Made by a program: the position numbers and the translations under genes
Source of the DNA: Gammaproteobacteria bacterium
GTDB taxonomy: Bacteria > Pseudomonadota > Gammaproteobacteria > Pseudomonadales > Moraxellaceae
Length of the DNA stretch: 64,000 nucleotides
Assembly: GCA_046566745.1 (NCBI GenBank)
Contig: JBKHWB010000001.1
Location: 23,934-87,933, forward strand
Direction: 5' to 3'
Part shown: in pieces, positions 31,103 through 39,987 of the stretch
Layout: each line of letters begins with the position of its first letter
Position numbering within the stretch: the stretch's first letter is position 1
The notes under the pieces: model-generated
Database searches by the model: none
Told to the model about the DNA's origin: nothing
What the model saw: the letters and a program-made list of their open reading frames with translations, nothing else

Positions 31103-31320
31103 ACTCCGGCTTTCCACGCCCTGCCCATTCCACCGCACCATCGACGCTCCTCTCCAAAGCCCAACATCATAGCCATTTTCTGTTGTCAGGACTTTGGAAA
31201 AATGCTGTATGCCGCGCCCTGCCACGACCCATGGCCTTCGGGTAAGCTTGGCGGCAGCCGGTTACCTCGCCCCGGAGAATACCGTTGTGGTTCCGGGCAC
31301 CATCATGACAAGGACACTGC

Positions 31321-33198
31321 ATGAGCAATCAGTTCAGCCTGCTGGGAAAGCGCCGCTTCCTGCCTTTCTTCCTGACCCAGTTCCTGGGTGCGTTCAATGA
31401 CAATGTATTCAAACAGGCCATCATCATCTTTCTTACGTTCAGCGGAGCCGGCCTGATCGATCTGCCGCTGCCGGTGCTGACAAACCTGTGTGCCGGACTC
31501 TTCATCCTGCCGTTCTTCCTGTTCTCGGCCACCGCCGGGCAGATTGCCGACAAGTACGAGAAGGCATCACTCATCCGCGTAACCAAGCAGATGGAAGTGG
31601 CGATCATGGTACTCGGGGCAGCGGGCCTGCTGTTGCAGGAGTTCTGGATGCTGATGCTGGCGCTGTTCCTGATGGGGACACAATCCACGCTGTTTGGCCC
31701 GATCAAGTACTCCATCCTGCCCCAGTCGCTGCACAAGGATGAACTGATTGGAGGCAACGGGCTGGTGGAAATGGCCACTTCCGTCGCCATCCTGACCGGC
31801 TCCATCCTGGGAGGCTGGCTGGTGGCACAGCATGGCGGTCGCGAACTGGTCGCCTGGGCGGTGCTGGGCATCGCGGCGGCCGGCTACCTGGCCAGCCGGC
31901 AGATTCCGGCTGTCACGGTGACGGACCCGACCCTGCGCATCAACTGGAACCCGGTGACCGAAACCTGGCATACCTTCCAGTTCACCCGACAGAACCGCAC
32001 GGTATTCCTGTCCATCCTCGGCATTTCCTGGTTCTGGTTCTATGGCGCGACATTCCTGGCGCAGATGCCGGTATTTGCCAAGGAAGTGCTGGGCGGCAAC
32101 GAGATGGTCGTCATCCTGATGCTGACCATATTCTCGGTGGGCGTAGGCGTCGGATCATTGCTCTGCGAAAAACTCTCCGGCAAGCGCGTGGAAATCGGCC
32201 TGGTACCGTTTGGCTCCATCGGCATTACCGGGTTTGCCGTCGACCTGTATTTTGCCACCCGCGGCATGCAGCCGGCCGCACTGGTTGGCGTCAAGGAATT
32301 CCTGGCGATCGCCGCCAACCAGCGGGTGGTCATCGACCTGCTGATGATCGGTCTGTTTGCCGGCTTTTACATCGTGCCGCTCTACGCTCTGGTGCAGACG
32401 CGAACAGAACCTGATCATCGCGCCCGCGTGATTGCCGGCAACAACATCCTGAACGCCTTCTTCATGGTGGTCTCGGCGTTGATGGCGGTGGGACTGCTGA
32501 CCAAAGCCGGCTTCAGCATTCCCGACCTGTTCCTGACAGTTGCCATCATGAGCGCCCTGATCTCGCTCTACATCTACACGCTGGTGCCGGAATTCCTGAT
32601 GCGCTTCATGGTGTGGATATTCATGAGCCTGTTCTACCGGGTAGACACCAAGAACACCGACCGCATTCCCGAGGAAGGCCCCGCCGTCATGGTCTGCAAC
32701 CATGTCAGTTTTTTTGATGCGCTGATCCTGGCCACCGCCATCCGCCGGCCACCGCGCTTCGTCATGGACCACAACATCTTCCGCAACCCGGTACTGAACT
32801 TCATCTTCCGCACCGCCCGCGCCATCCCGATCGCCTCTGCAAAAGTGGATGCTGCCTTGCTGGAAAAGGCCTATGACGACATCGCAGAGGCGCTCGAAAA
32901 CGGCGAGCTGGTCTGCATTTTCCCGGAGGGCCGTATCACCGACACCGGCGAGATGTATCCGTTCAAGAACGGCATCCAGCGTATTGTCGAGCGGACACCG
33001 GTGCCGGTGTACCCGATTGCCCTGCAGGGGCTATGGGGAAGCTTCTCCAGCCGCAAGGGCGGTCCGGCATTCACCAAGTTCCCCCGCCGTTTCCGCTCGC
33101 ACGTTGCTGTCACCGTGGGTGCGCCAGTCGCCCCTGATGCAGCTACGCCTGAATGCCTGGAGGCGCGCGTGCGCGAACTCAGGGGGGACTGGAAGTAA
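31321..33198 (+). CDS. Fusion protein: MFS lysophospholipid-transporter-like (LplT) domain + PlsC-type acyltransferase domain
   Basis: N-terminal ~410 aa is polytopic MFS (..FRLLGKRRFLPFFLTQFLGAFNDNVFK..). The C-terminal domain has the HX4D motif NHVSFFDA and FPEGRIT. Confidence 0.8.
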   Translation: MSNQFSLLGKRRFLPFFLTQFLGAFNDNVFKQAIIIFLTFSGAGLIDLPLPVLTNLCAGLFILPFFLFSATAGQIADKYEKASLIRVTKQMEVAIMVLGAAGLLLQEFWMLMLALFLMGTQSTLFGPIKYSILPQSLHKDELIGGNGLVEMATSVAILTGSILGGWLVAQHGGRELVAWAVLGIAAAGYLASRQIPAVTVTDPTLRINWNPVTETWHTFQFTRQNRTVFLSILGISWFWFYGATFLAQMPVFAKEVLGGNEMVVILMLTIFSVGVGVGSLLCEKLSGKRVEIGLVPFGSIGITGFAVDLYFATRGMQPAALVGVKEFLAIAANQRVVIDLLMIGLFAGFYIVPLYALVQTRTEPDHRARVIAGNNILNAFFMVVSALMAVGLLTKAGFSIPDLFLTVAIMSALISLYIYTLVPEFLMRFMVWIFMSLFYRVDTKNTDRIPEEGPAVMVCNHVSFFDALILATAIRRPPRFVMDHNIFRNPVLNFIFRTARAIPIASAKVDAALLEKAYDDIAEALENGELVCIFPEGRITDTGEMYPFKNGIQRIVERTPVPVYPIALQGLWGSFSSRKGGPAFTKFPRRFRSHVAVTVGAPVAPDAATPECLEARVRELRGDWK

Positions 33199-33262
33199 TG
33201 CTCGCCGGCTGGGCGCCTCCCGTAAGGAGACGGCCAGCCGGGCCAGGCAACACGAATCCCTG

Positions 33263-33301
33263 AAAAAAAGGCACCACGCCCAACGCGCGGTGCCTTTTTT
33301 A
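33263..33301. terminator. Bidirectional rho-independent terminator (lplT-like fusion / ccmE)
   Basis: AAAAAAAGGCACCACGC-CCAAC-GCGCGGTGCCTTTTTT. Confidence 0.65.
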
Positions 33302-33338
33302 TGTCGAGACCTGTGAGCGGTTTTCGCCACCCTACCGC

Positions 33339-33788
33339 TCACTTTCCCTTGGGATGACCCGCCTCTTCGATTGCCTGCTTGACCTGGGGCGGCATGTAGG
33401 TCTCGTCATGCTTGGCGAGCACTTCATCGGCTTCGACCACGCCATTTACCAGTCTGCCATTAGCCACAATGCCCTGCCCCTCGCGAAACAGGTCTGGCAG
33501 GATGCCGGTATAGGTGACATCCACCTGTTCCTTGAGGTCGGTAATCGTAAAGCGGACGCCGAGCGAATCCGGCGAACGCTTGACCGAGCCTTGCATGACA
33601 AGCCCTCCCACCTGGATGCGGCGCCCCTCCGGCGCTTCCGCCGCCGCGAGCTGGGTCGGGGTGTAGAACAGATTGATGTTCTGGCGCAGGGCATAAGCCG
33701 CCAGCCCGACCGCAATACCAACGCCCACCACCACGCCGATCAGGATGAGCAGGACTTTCTTGCGCTTGGCATTCAGGGTGAAACTCAT
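33339..33788 (-). CDS. ccmE: Cytochrome c maturation heme chaperone CcmE
   Basis: ..[14 protein letters not shown].. and the heme-binding block [15 protein letters not shown] at 33788 chosen. Confidence 0.9.
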   Translation of the reverse strand: MSFTLNAKRKKVLLILIGVVVGVGIAVGLAAYALRQNINLFYTPTQLAAAEAPEGRRIQVGGLVMQGSVKRSPDSLGVRFTITDLKEQVDVTYTGILPDLFREGQGIVANGRLVNGVVEADEVLAKHDETYMPPQVKQAIEEAGHPKGK

Positions 33789-33795
33789 TGCAACC

Positions 33796-33996
33796 TCACG
33801 ATTTTTGCGCATCCCTGGCGTCACGTTTCAACTGCGCCGTCTGCTCCTGCAGCCAGCGTCGACGGGCCAACCTTGGCTGCCAGACATTCCAGACCACGAT
33901 GGCCAGCGTCAGGCCATAGGCCGCCCAGACAAAGGGGCCGTGCGGACGGCCGTTCCAAGTCATGACCAGGAACTCCGTCAGGGATTCAAAGACCAT
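33796..33996 (-). CDS. ccmD: Heme exporter protein CcmD
   Basis: 66-aa single-TM protein (..[22 protein letters not shown]..) between ccmC and ccmE. Internal ATG at 33996. Confidence 0.7.
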   Translation of the reverse strand: MVFESLTEFLVMTWNGRPHGPFVWAAYGLTLAIVVWNVWQPRLARRRWLQEQTAQLKRDARDAQKS

Positions 33997-34756
33997 GACC
34001 ACTCTCCTCACGCAAGATGTCGCGTACCCACTGCGTGCGCCGTTCGCGTTCGAGAATTTCATTACGTGTGCGGGCGAGTACTGCCGCACCGAAGAAGGCA
34101 TAGAACCCGAACAACATCACCAGCAGCGGCAAATACATCTCCGGCGGCATGGACGGGCGCTCGGTGACCTTGAACGTTGCCCCCTGATGCAGCGTATTCC
34201 ACCACTCCACCGAATACTTGATGATGGGCAGGTTCACCACACCCACCAGCGACAGGATGGCAGCTGCCTTGCCGGCGCTGGCGGCACTCTCATAGGCCGA
34301 ATACAACCCGAGCACGCCGAGATAAAGGAACAGCAGGATGAGCATGGAGGTCAGGCGCGCATCCCACACCCAATAGGTTCCCCACGTCGGTTTTCCCCAA
34401 ACGGCGCCCGTAAACAGGGCGACAAAGCAGAACCAGGCGCCAATGGCGGCCGCGGAGCGCGCCACCATCTCGGCCGTCTTGACCTTCCACACCAGGCTAA
34501 TGAGGCCGCAGGCCGCCATCAGCACGTAGCCCCCCAGCGCGAGACTGGCGGCCGGCACATGAATGAAAATGATGCGATAGCTGTGGCCCTGCTGGTAATC
34601 GGGCGGCGCAAATGCCAGCCCCCAGACCGTACCGACCGACAACAACACTCCCGCCACCAGCCACAGCCAGGGCAGCCACTGCCCGCTGATGAAGTAGAAA
34701 TGCCTGGGACTCACGGTGCGTTGCACGTAATCCCAAATTGCCTTCCACATACACAA
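33986..34756 (-). CDS. ccmC: Heme exporter protein CcmC
   Basis: WWD motif region WGKPTWGTYWVWDARLTS. 256 aa, polytopic. Confidence 0.9.
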   Translation of the reverse strand: MCMWKAIWDYVQRTVSPRHFYFISGQWLPWLWLVAGVLLSVGTVWGLAFAPPDYQQGHSYRIIFIHVPAASLALGGYVLMAACGLISLVWKVKTAEMVARSAAAIGAWFCFVALFTGAVWGKPTWGTYWVWDARLTSMLILLFLYLGVLGLYSAYESAASAGKAAAILSLVGVVNLPIIKYSVEWWNTLHQGATFKVTERPSMPPEMYLPLLVMLFGFYAFFGAAVLARTRNEILERERRTQWVRDILREESGHGL

Positions 34757-34771
34757 ACCTCGATTCAGGAA

Positions 34772-35431
34772 TCAGCCACCGATCGCGATGCGCAACGACG
34801 CAGCGACCGCAAACGGTACCAGGGTAAGGGCCAGCACCAGAAAGGCCGCCAGCAAGGCGATGTACCCGGCCACCGGCAGCCCCATCGCCGCTGCCTGCAC
34901 GGCACCGGTTGCAAACACGATGACCGGCACCATCAGGGGCAGTGTTATCAACGGCACCAGTGCACCGGCGCGCCGCAGCGCCACCGTCAGCCCCGCCGCC
35001 ACAGCACCCAGCAAACTCAGCACCGGCGTCCCCAACAGCAGCGACAGCATAAGGACCGGAATGGTCGACGTTTCCAGGGACAGCATCACGGCCGCGACGG
35101 GAGCCAGCAGGACCAGACAGAATCCGGTCTGCAGCCAGTGGGCAAGCACCTTGGCCAGCACCAGCCCGGGCAGCGACGCCGGCGCCACCAGCAATTGCTC
35201 AAGTGAGCCGTCCTCCAGATCCTGACGGAACAACCCGTCCAGCGACAGCAGCATGGCCAGCAAGGCCGCCACCCAGATCACCCCCGGAGCCATCAGCGCC
35301 AGCTTGCGGGGCTCGGCCGTCACCGCGAGCGGAAACAGCGTAACTACCAAAAGAAAAAAACCCAACGACGTCAGCCAGTCACCCGGCTGCCGCATGGCAA
35401 GCCGGAGATCACGTACCAGCAGGGCCAGCAT
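34772..35431 (-). CDS. ccmB: Heme exporter permease CcmB
   Basis: MLALLVRDLRLAMRQ.. polytopic. ATG 35431 lies just after the ccmA stop, so the longer ORF-track start is rejected. Confidence 0.9.
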   Translation of the reverse strand: MLALLVRDLRLAMRQPGDWLTSLGFFLLVVTLFPLAVTAEPRKLALMAPGVIWVAALLAMLLSLDGLFRQDLEDGSLEQLLVAPASLPGLVLAKVLAHWLQTGFCLVLLAPVAAVMLSLETSTIPVLMLSLLLGTPVLSLLGAVAAGLTVALRRAGALVPLITLPLMVPVIVFATGAVQAAAMGLPVAGYIALLAAFLVLALTLVPFAVAASLRIAIGG

Positions 35432-35436
35432 TGCGT

Positions 35437-36078
35437 TCACGCCATGCCCTCCCTTGCTGGCCGGAACGCCGACACATCCAGCCGCTGTACCGGGAATCCG
35501 GCAGCAAACTCGTGATGCGTGGTCAGCAACACCATGCCTCCTGCAGCGGCATGTTCCTGCAGCCATCCCTCCAGTTCGGCAACGCCCTGCCGATCAATCG
35601 CCGTGAACGGCTCATCCAGAATCCACAGGGGGCGCTTTTCCACAAACAGTCGCGCCAGACCGGCCCGGCGCTTCTGGCCGGCCGACAGGCGTGCCAGCGG
35701 CACGTGCTCGTAACCGTAGAGCCCGACCTTGTCGAGGGCCGCCTCTATGGTCTGCTGGCCAAGCTCCTCGCCTCGCAGCCTGGACAGCCAGACCAGGTTC
35801 TCCACGGGAGTCAGCATCAACTTGAGTCCCGGCTGATGTCCCAGCCAGGTCAGGTCGCGACGGAAGCTTACCGGATCATCCGACACCGGATGGCCGCACC
35901 AGAGCAACTCACCACCATCCAGCGGGAACAGCCCGGCGATACCGTTCAGCAGAGTGGTTTTGCCAGCGCCATTGGGACCGGCCACCTGCATCACTGCTCC
36001 CGGAGACAGCCGGAAACCCAGACCAGTAAAAAGGATACGGTCGTCACGGGAAGCCTGGAGCTGGCGGGCATCGAGCAC
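35437..36078 (-). CDS. ccmA: Heme exporter ATP-binding protein CcmA
   Basis: Walker A GPNGAGKTT, signature LSAGQKRR, Walker B LWILDEP. GTG start. Confidence 0.9.
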   Translation of the reverse strand: MLDARQLQASRDDRILFTGLGFRLSPGAVMQVAGPNGAGKTTLLNGIAGLFPLDGGELLWCGHPVSDDPVSFRRDLTWLGHQPGLKLMLTPVENLVWLSRLRGEELGQQTIEAALDKVGLYGYEHVPLARLSAGQKRRAGLARLFVEKRPLWILDEPFTAIDRQGVAELEGWLQEHAAAGGMVLLTTHHEFAAGFPVQRLDVSAFRPAREGMA

Positions 36079-36109
36079 GGAAGATCGCCGGTTGATGTAA
36101 ACGGGCGCG

Positions 36110-36139
36110 ATTATAGCCGGGTAAGTCCCCCGCCCGTCA
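36110..36139 (-). promoter_or_regulatory. Candidate ccm promoter (TGACGG-N18-TATAAT)
   Basis: A perfect TATAAT lies on the minus strand about 30 nt upstream of the ccmA GTG. The -35 is weak. Confidence 0.35.
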
Positions 36140-36197
36140 GTGCAAAGACACGGGACACCCCCTCCGAATTGCTAGGGATTTGTTATCGGTTGACGGA

Positions 36198-36740
36198 TCA
36201 GTAAAGAGGACGACCAGACTGGCGATACTCCCCGAGCACCTGCAGCACCTCGTCCCGGCAGACATCCTCGCGCAGAAGGATGCCCCGCCGCCGCAAGCCT
36301 TGCTGCCAGCGTGCCGGCTTGTCCCCCTCGTCAAAACCGATCCGTTCGGCATCCTCGCCGCGTGCGCCACACACCACGCGGGCAATCCCCGACCACGGAA
36401 TAGCTCCAAGGCACATGGCACACGGCGCACACGTCGTGACCAGCGTAAAACGGCCGGCCGCTGAAAGATCATGCGTGCCCATGCGCTGCTGAGCCAGCAG
36501 CAAGGCCAGCATTTCGGCATGAAGAATGGAAGCCCGGGACGACACGACGCGATTGACTCCGGCAGCGACCACATCGCCCTGCGTCGACAGGACAAGCGCC
36601 GCAAACGGGCCGCCACCATCCTCCACGTTGCGGCGGGACAACGCTACCGCAAAGGCCATGGCGGTCTCGTCATCCTCGAACCGGTACGAGACGGCATTCA
36701 CCTCGTCCAGCCAGGCGGGTAACGACAGCGCCAGACTCAT
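36198..36740 (-). CDS. Cytidine/deoxycytidylate-deaminase-fold zinc enzyme (nucleoside/nucleobase deaminase-like)
   Basis: HAE (..ILHAEMLAL..) plus PCxxC (..TCAPCAMCLGA..) zinc motifs. 4-nt overlap with the upstream AraC gene. Confidence 0.7.
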   Translation of the reverse strand: MSLALSLPAWLDEVNAVSYRFEDDETAMAFAVALSRRNVEDGGGPFAALVLSTQGDVVAAGVNRVVSSRASILHAEMLALLLAQQRMGTHDLSAAGRFTLVTTCAPCAMCLGAIPWSGIARVVCGARGEDAERIGFDEGDKPARWQQGLRRRGILLREDVCRDEVLQVLGEYRQSGRPLY

Positions 36741-37783
36741 TCGTCGGCCTGGCGTGACTGGCGGAACTCGCCCGGCGTCATCCCGGTATAGCCCTTGAAA
36801 TAACGAATGAAGGAACGGCTTTCGGTGAAACCCAGCTTGCGGGCGATGTCTTCCACGGACAGCGCGGACTGCAACAGGTATTTGCGCGCGAGCTCGCTGC
36901 GCAGGTCATCCAGGATCTGCTGGTACGACTGGTTTTCTTCCGCCAGCTTGCGATGCAGCGTGCGCACGTTCATGCCCATCTGCTCCGCCACGAACTCCTT
37001 GCGCGGCGACGCATCGGCGAGCGTGGCACGTAACAATGAACGTACCTGATCCGACAGCGAATATTTTTCCTTCAGGGCGGCGAGTGTTGCCTGGGCATGC
37101 TGCTCCAGTGTCTCGCGAAGGTTCACGTCGGGCTGCCGCAAGGGATGTTCGAACAGTTGCGGGGAGATCACGATGGCCGACATCGGCTGGTTGAAATACA
37201 CCGGGCAGCGGAAAATGTGCTGGAAGTGCTTGAGCAGCGAGCGGTCGGCAGGCGGATCATGCTCGAAGCGGACGGCCAGTGGCGACAGGTCCGGCGCATC
37301 CGCCATCCAGCGCGAATAGGTCGTCCAGGATGCCAGCACATTCTCGATGATGTGGCGACGTACCAGCGGCTCCTGGAAGCGGCAATGCCAGGAAACGACA
37401 ATGGCGCCCGGCTCGAACGCCACCGTCGAGGTGCCCATGTCGCCCACCAGCTTTTCATACTGCGGCATGCGGGAGACGGCTTCGGCCAGGGTGTTGCTGG
37501 TCATCGCGATATAGCCCATCACACTGTAGGAGCCGGGCTGGATGAATTGCGAGGTCTGCAGGCCAAACAGGGGATTGCCGCAGCGCGGCAGCACATAATT
37601 GAGCAGCTTTTGCAGTACGTCGCCAGGCAGGCGGCCGTTGTTGTCCAGCAACTGCTCCGGCTGGATGCCCGCCTCCGCCAGCACCTTGTCCCGGGACAGG
37701 CCGCAAGATTCGGCACTGCGTACATACTGCTGCAAGGCAGGCACGGAGATGAATCCAAGGTTTTCCGGGGCGGTCGCAGTCAT
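36737..37783 (-). CDS. AraC-family transcriptional regulator (AraC-binding-like N-domain)
   Basis: C-terminal HTH ..IARKLGFTESRSFIRYFKGYTGMTPGEFR... The N-domain is similar to the two other AraC genes in the window. Confidence 0.8.
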   Translation of the reverse strand: MTATAPENLGFISVPALQQYVRSAESCGLSRDKVLAEAGIQPEQLLDNNGRLPGDVLQKLLNYVLPRCGNPLFGLQTSQFIQPGSYSVMGYIAMTSNTLAEAVSRMPQYEKLVGDMGTSTVAFEPGAIVVSWHCRFQEPLVRRHIIENVLASWTTYSRWMADAPDLSPLAVRFEHDPPADRSLLKHFQHIFRCPVYFNQPMSAIVISPQLFEHPLRQPDVNLRETLEQHAQATLAALKEKYSLSDQVRSLLRATLADASPRKEFVAEQMGMNVRTLHRKLAEENQSYQQILDDLRSELARKYLLQSALSVEDIARKLGFTESRSFIRYFKGYTGMTPGEFRQSRQADE

Positions 37784-37909
37784 GGCGTCGGCACATTATT
37801 GTTATGGGCGGGGTGCTGGCGCCCAGTCTAGGAAATCCGGAGAACCTGCACCACGCCATTACACCACAAAATGTCACTTTTCGTGCATGAACCGCAAATG
37901 CGGCTACCG

Positions 37910-38491
37910 TCAGGGGGCGGGTGGCCGCGTCAGCTCGGGATGGTCACTCATCAACTGGTTGCGCATTTCCTCGATGCGACGCAGCTTTTCCTCGCCTTCG
38001 GCGATCTGTTCGGGTGTTAGTCCGCCCTGCTTGCCCTTGGCCAACTGCTCCTGCAGCTTGGGCACCTCGGTCTCGGCCGCCTTGATGTAGGAGCGGTAGA
38101 GGCGCTCGTTCTGTCGGGCTTCATAGCGCTGGTAGGCCTCCGGATCGGAAAGCTCCGCCGCTGTCGGGGCCTCACGCCGGCCCTCGTCCCGCACGATGGC
38201 CGGCGCGCGATCATCCCCGGCCAGGCGCGATTCGCGCAGCGCCTCCACTCCATCCACCAGTGTCTCGTCGGGCATGGCCGGCAACGGCACATCACGCGTG
38301 GGCAGACCGGCTTCTGCAGGCGCATCCGCCGGCCCGGTCACGACGCCAAACCGGGGGGGGAGCGGCATACCTGCTTCCATGACCGGGGCAGAACCTGCCT
38401 TGCCATCATCACGACCCAGCCACAGCCCCAAGGCCACCACCCCCACCAGCAGGGCCAGCACCGCCAACGCCACCATCGCCTGCCGGCTCAT
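37910..38491 (-). CDS. Membrane-anchored protein of unknown function (Pro/Ala-rich linker + charged helical C-terminus)
   Basis: N-terminal TM AMVALAVLALLVGVVALGLWL. 4-nt overlap with the upstream PPIase gene. No recognised domain. Confidence 0.5.
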   Translation of the reverse strand: MSRQAMVALAVLALLVGVVALGLWLGRDDGKAGSAPVMEAGMPLPPRFGVVTGPADAPAEAGLPTRDVPLPAMPDETLVDGVEALRESRLAGDDRAPAIVRDEGRREAPTAAELSDPEAYQRYEARQNERLYRSYIKAAETEVPKLQEQLAKGKQGGLTPEQIAEGEEKLRRIEEMRNQLMSDHPELTRPPAP

Positions 38492-39855
38492 TTCTGCCCC
38501 CTGGCAACCGGCTCAAGCACGGACGGATTCAGGCGGATATCCGCTCCCTCCAGCAAGCCGTCACGAATGCGACGGTACTCCGCCAGCGCCTTCTGGCGCG
38601 CCAGGGCCTGAGATGCGCCGTAACGCACCGATTCGCTGTCGGCCGGCTGATAGCCCTCAATCCGCTCCTCCACCCTCAGGATTTCCCAGACGGCCGCCGT
38701 ACCGGGCGGTCCAGGGCTTCGGAACGGGCGCGAGGTGGTGCCGGGCTTTTGCACGAACGCGATGCTTTCGATCCAGGTCGCCGTACGGTCGCCGTGCTCG
38801 ATCCAGCCCAGATCGCCTCCCTTCTCACGATCATCAGCAATCGACATGGCCCGGGCCACGTCAGCAAAGGCCTCACCCTTCTGCAGGCGCGCATAGGCCT
38901 TGTTGGCCGACTCGAAATCACTCAGGCGGATATGGGCCGCCTTCACCTTCTCGATGCGCCGGAACTGGTCACGATTCTTGTCGTAGTACGCTTGCACTTC
39001 TTCTTGCGTGACTGCCGCCGCCAGCTGCTTCAGCCGACGATTGTCATCGTGCATGTCGGCCGCCACCCCAATGAGCGACAACCATCCCTCCTTCACCAGG
39101 CGATCCTCGACCGCCTGCACGAATACCTGGTAGTCCGACCCGGTCAGCCCCGAACGACGCCGCCCCCAATCCTGCACATAACGGCGCTCCAGCAGCAACT
39201 CAGCCTGTTGCATGGCAAAAGCGGCATCCCGGCCATGCAGCCGGTTGCGCCCCTGCACATGCTGGGCGTCGTACACATCCAGCAAGGTGACCTGCCCGGC
39301 CTGACCGCCGAGACGATAGGACAACAGCGCCTTGCCTGCCGCCGCCTTGCGACCCTGCTCACCCAGTTCGAATACCAGCAGCAGCCGCGGCTTTTCCCCC
39401 AAAACGGCATTCCAGTCCGCCGGCGTCACGGCACGGCGCGCAGTCACGATACCATTCAGGCTGCCACCTTTTTCGGCATTGACCGCCGCCATGATCTGCC
39501 GGCCGTAGGCCGCCTGCAGGTTGGCCACGACGCTTTCCTCAATCTGTACCGACGGCGCATAGCCCACGCGGGTCTTTTCGATCAACTCGTCCATGGGGTG
39601 ATGAGCCCGGGCATGCCTCGCCAGCAGGCGATCCTCCGCCATCGAGGCCATCACCTCGGTCAGGGTTGTCTCCGGACGCCGCTTGAGGGCCACCGCGTGC
39701 ATCAGGTGAATGACCGGCGTGGAAACCGCCTCGCCATCCACGATGGCGGCCAGGCCGGGGTCGGCAAGATCATGACGGGGCGCGGCTGCCAGCAAGGATG
39801 GCAGCAAGGCGGACAGGACCAAACACGCGCGCCAGAACAAGACAAAAGCAGGCAT
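38488..39855 (-). CDS. Secreted peptidyl-prolyl cis-trans isomerase (parvulin/PpiC-type domain with a long N-terminal chaperone-like region)
   Basis: Signal peptide, then C-terminal parvulin block VKAAHIRL..GEAFADVARAMS..GGDLGWIEHG.. Confidence 0.75.
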   Translation of the reverse strand: MPAFVLFWRACLVLSALLPSLLAAAPRHDLADPGLAAIVDGEAVSTPVIHLMHAVALKRRPETTLTEVMASMAEDRLLARHARAHHPMDELIEKTRVGYAPSVQIEESVVANLQAAYGRQIMAAVNAEKGGSLNGIVTARRAVTPADWNAVLGEKPRLLLVFELGEQGRKAAAGKALLSYRLGGQAGQVTLLDVYDAQHVQGRNRLHGRDAAFAMQQAELLLERRYVQDWGRRRSGLTGSDYQVFVQAVEDRLVKEGWLSLIGVAADMHDDNRRLKQLAAAVTQEEVQAYYDKNRDQFRRIEKVKAAHIRLSDFESANKAYARLQKGEAFADVARAMSIADDREKGGDLGWIEHGDRTATWIESIAFVQKPGTTSRPFRSPGPPGTAAVWEILRVEERIEGYQPADSESVRYGASQALARQKALAEYRRIRDGLLEGADIRLNPSVLEPVARGQK

Positions 39856-39925
39856 TGATCACACTCCCGAAGCATCCCGGCATCCTGCCGCAAGGCACGC
39901 AGGCCCACAAGGTCCCTCGCAACGC

Positions 39926-39954
39926 AAAAAAAAGGCGGCTTCCGGGAAGCCGCC
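39926..39954 (-). terminator. Rho-independent terminator after the PLC-like gene
   Basis: Minus strand GGCGGCTTCC-C-GGAAGCCGCC followed by T8. Confidence 0.75.
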
Positions 39955-39987
39955 TGCAAGGCTCACAACAAGTAAAACTTCAGTACA

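Noticed and set aside
36170-36190. ATAACAAATCC after the deaminase stop as another copy of the ATAACAAnAA element
   Set aside because: It does not fit AAnAAnAA (it ends ..AATCC) and lies more than 100 nt from the next start codon (ccmA).
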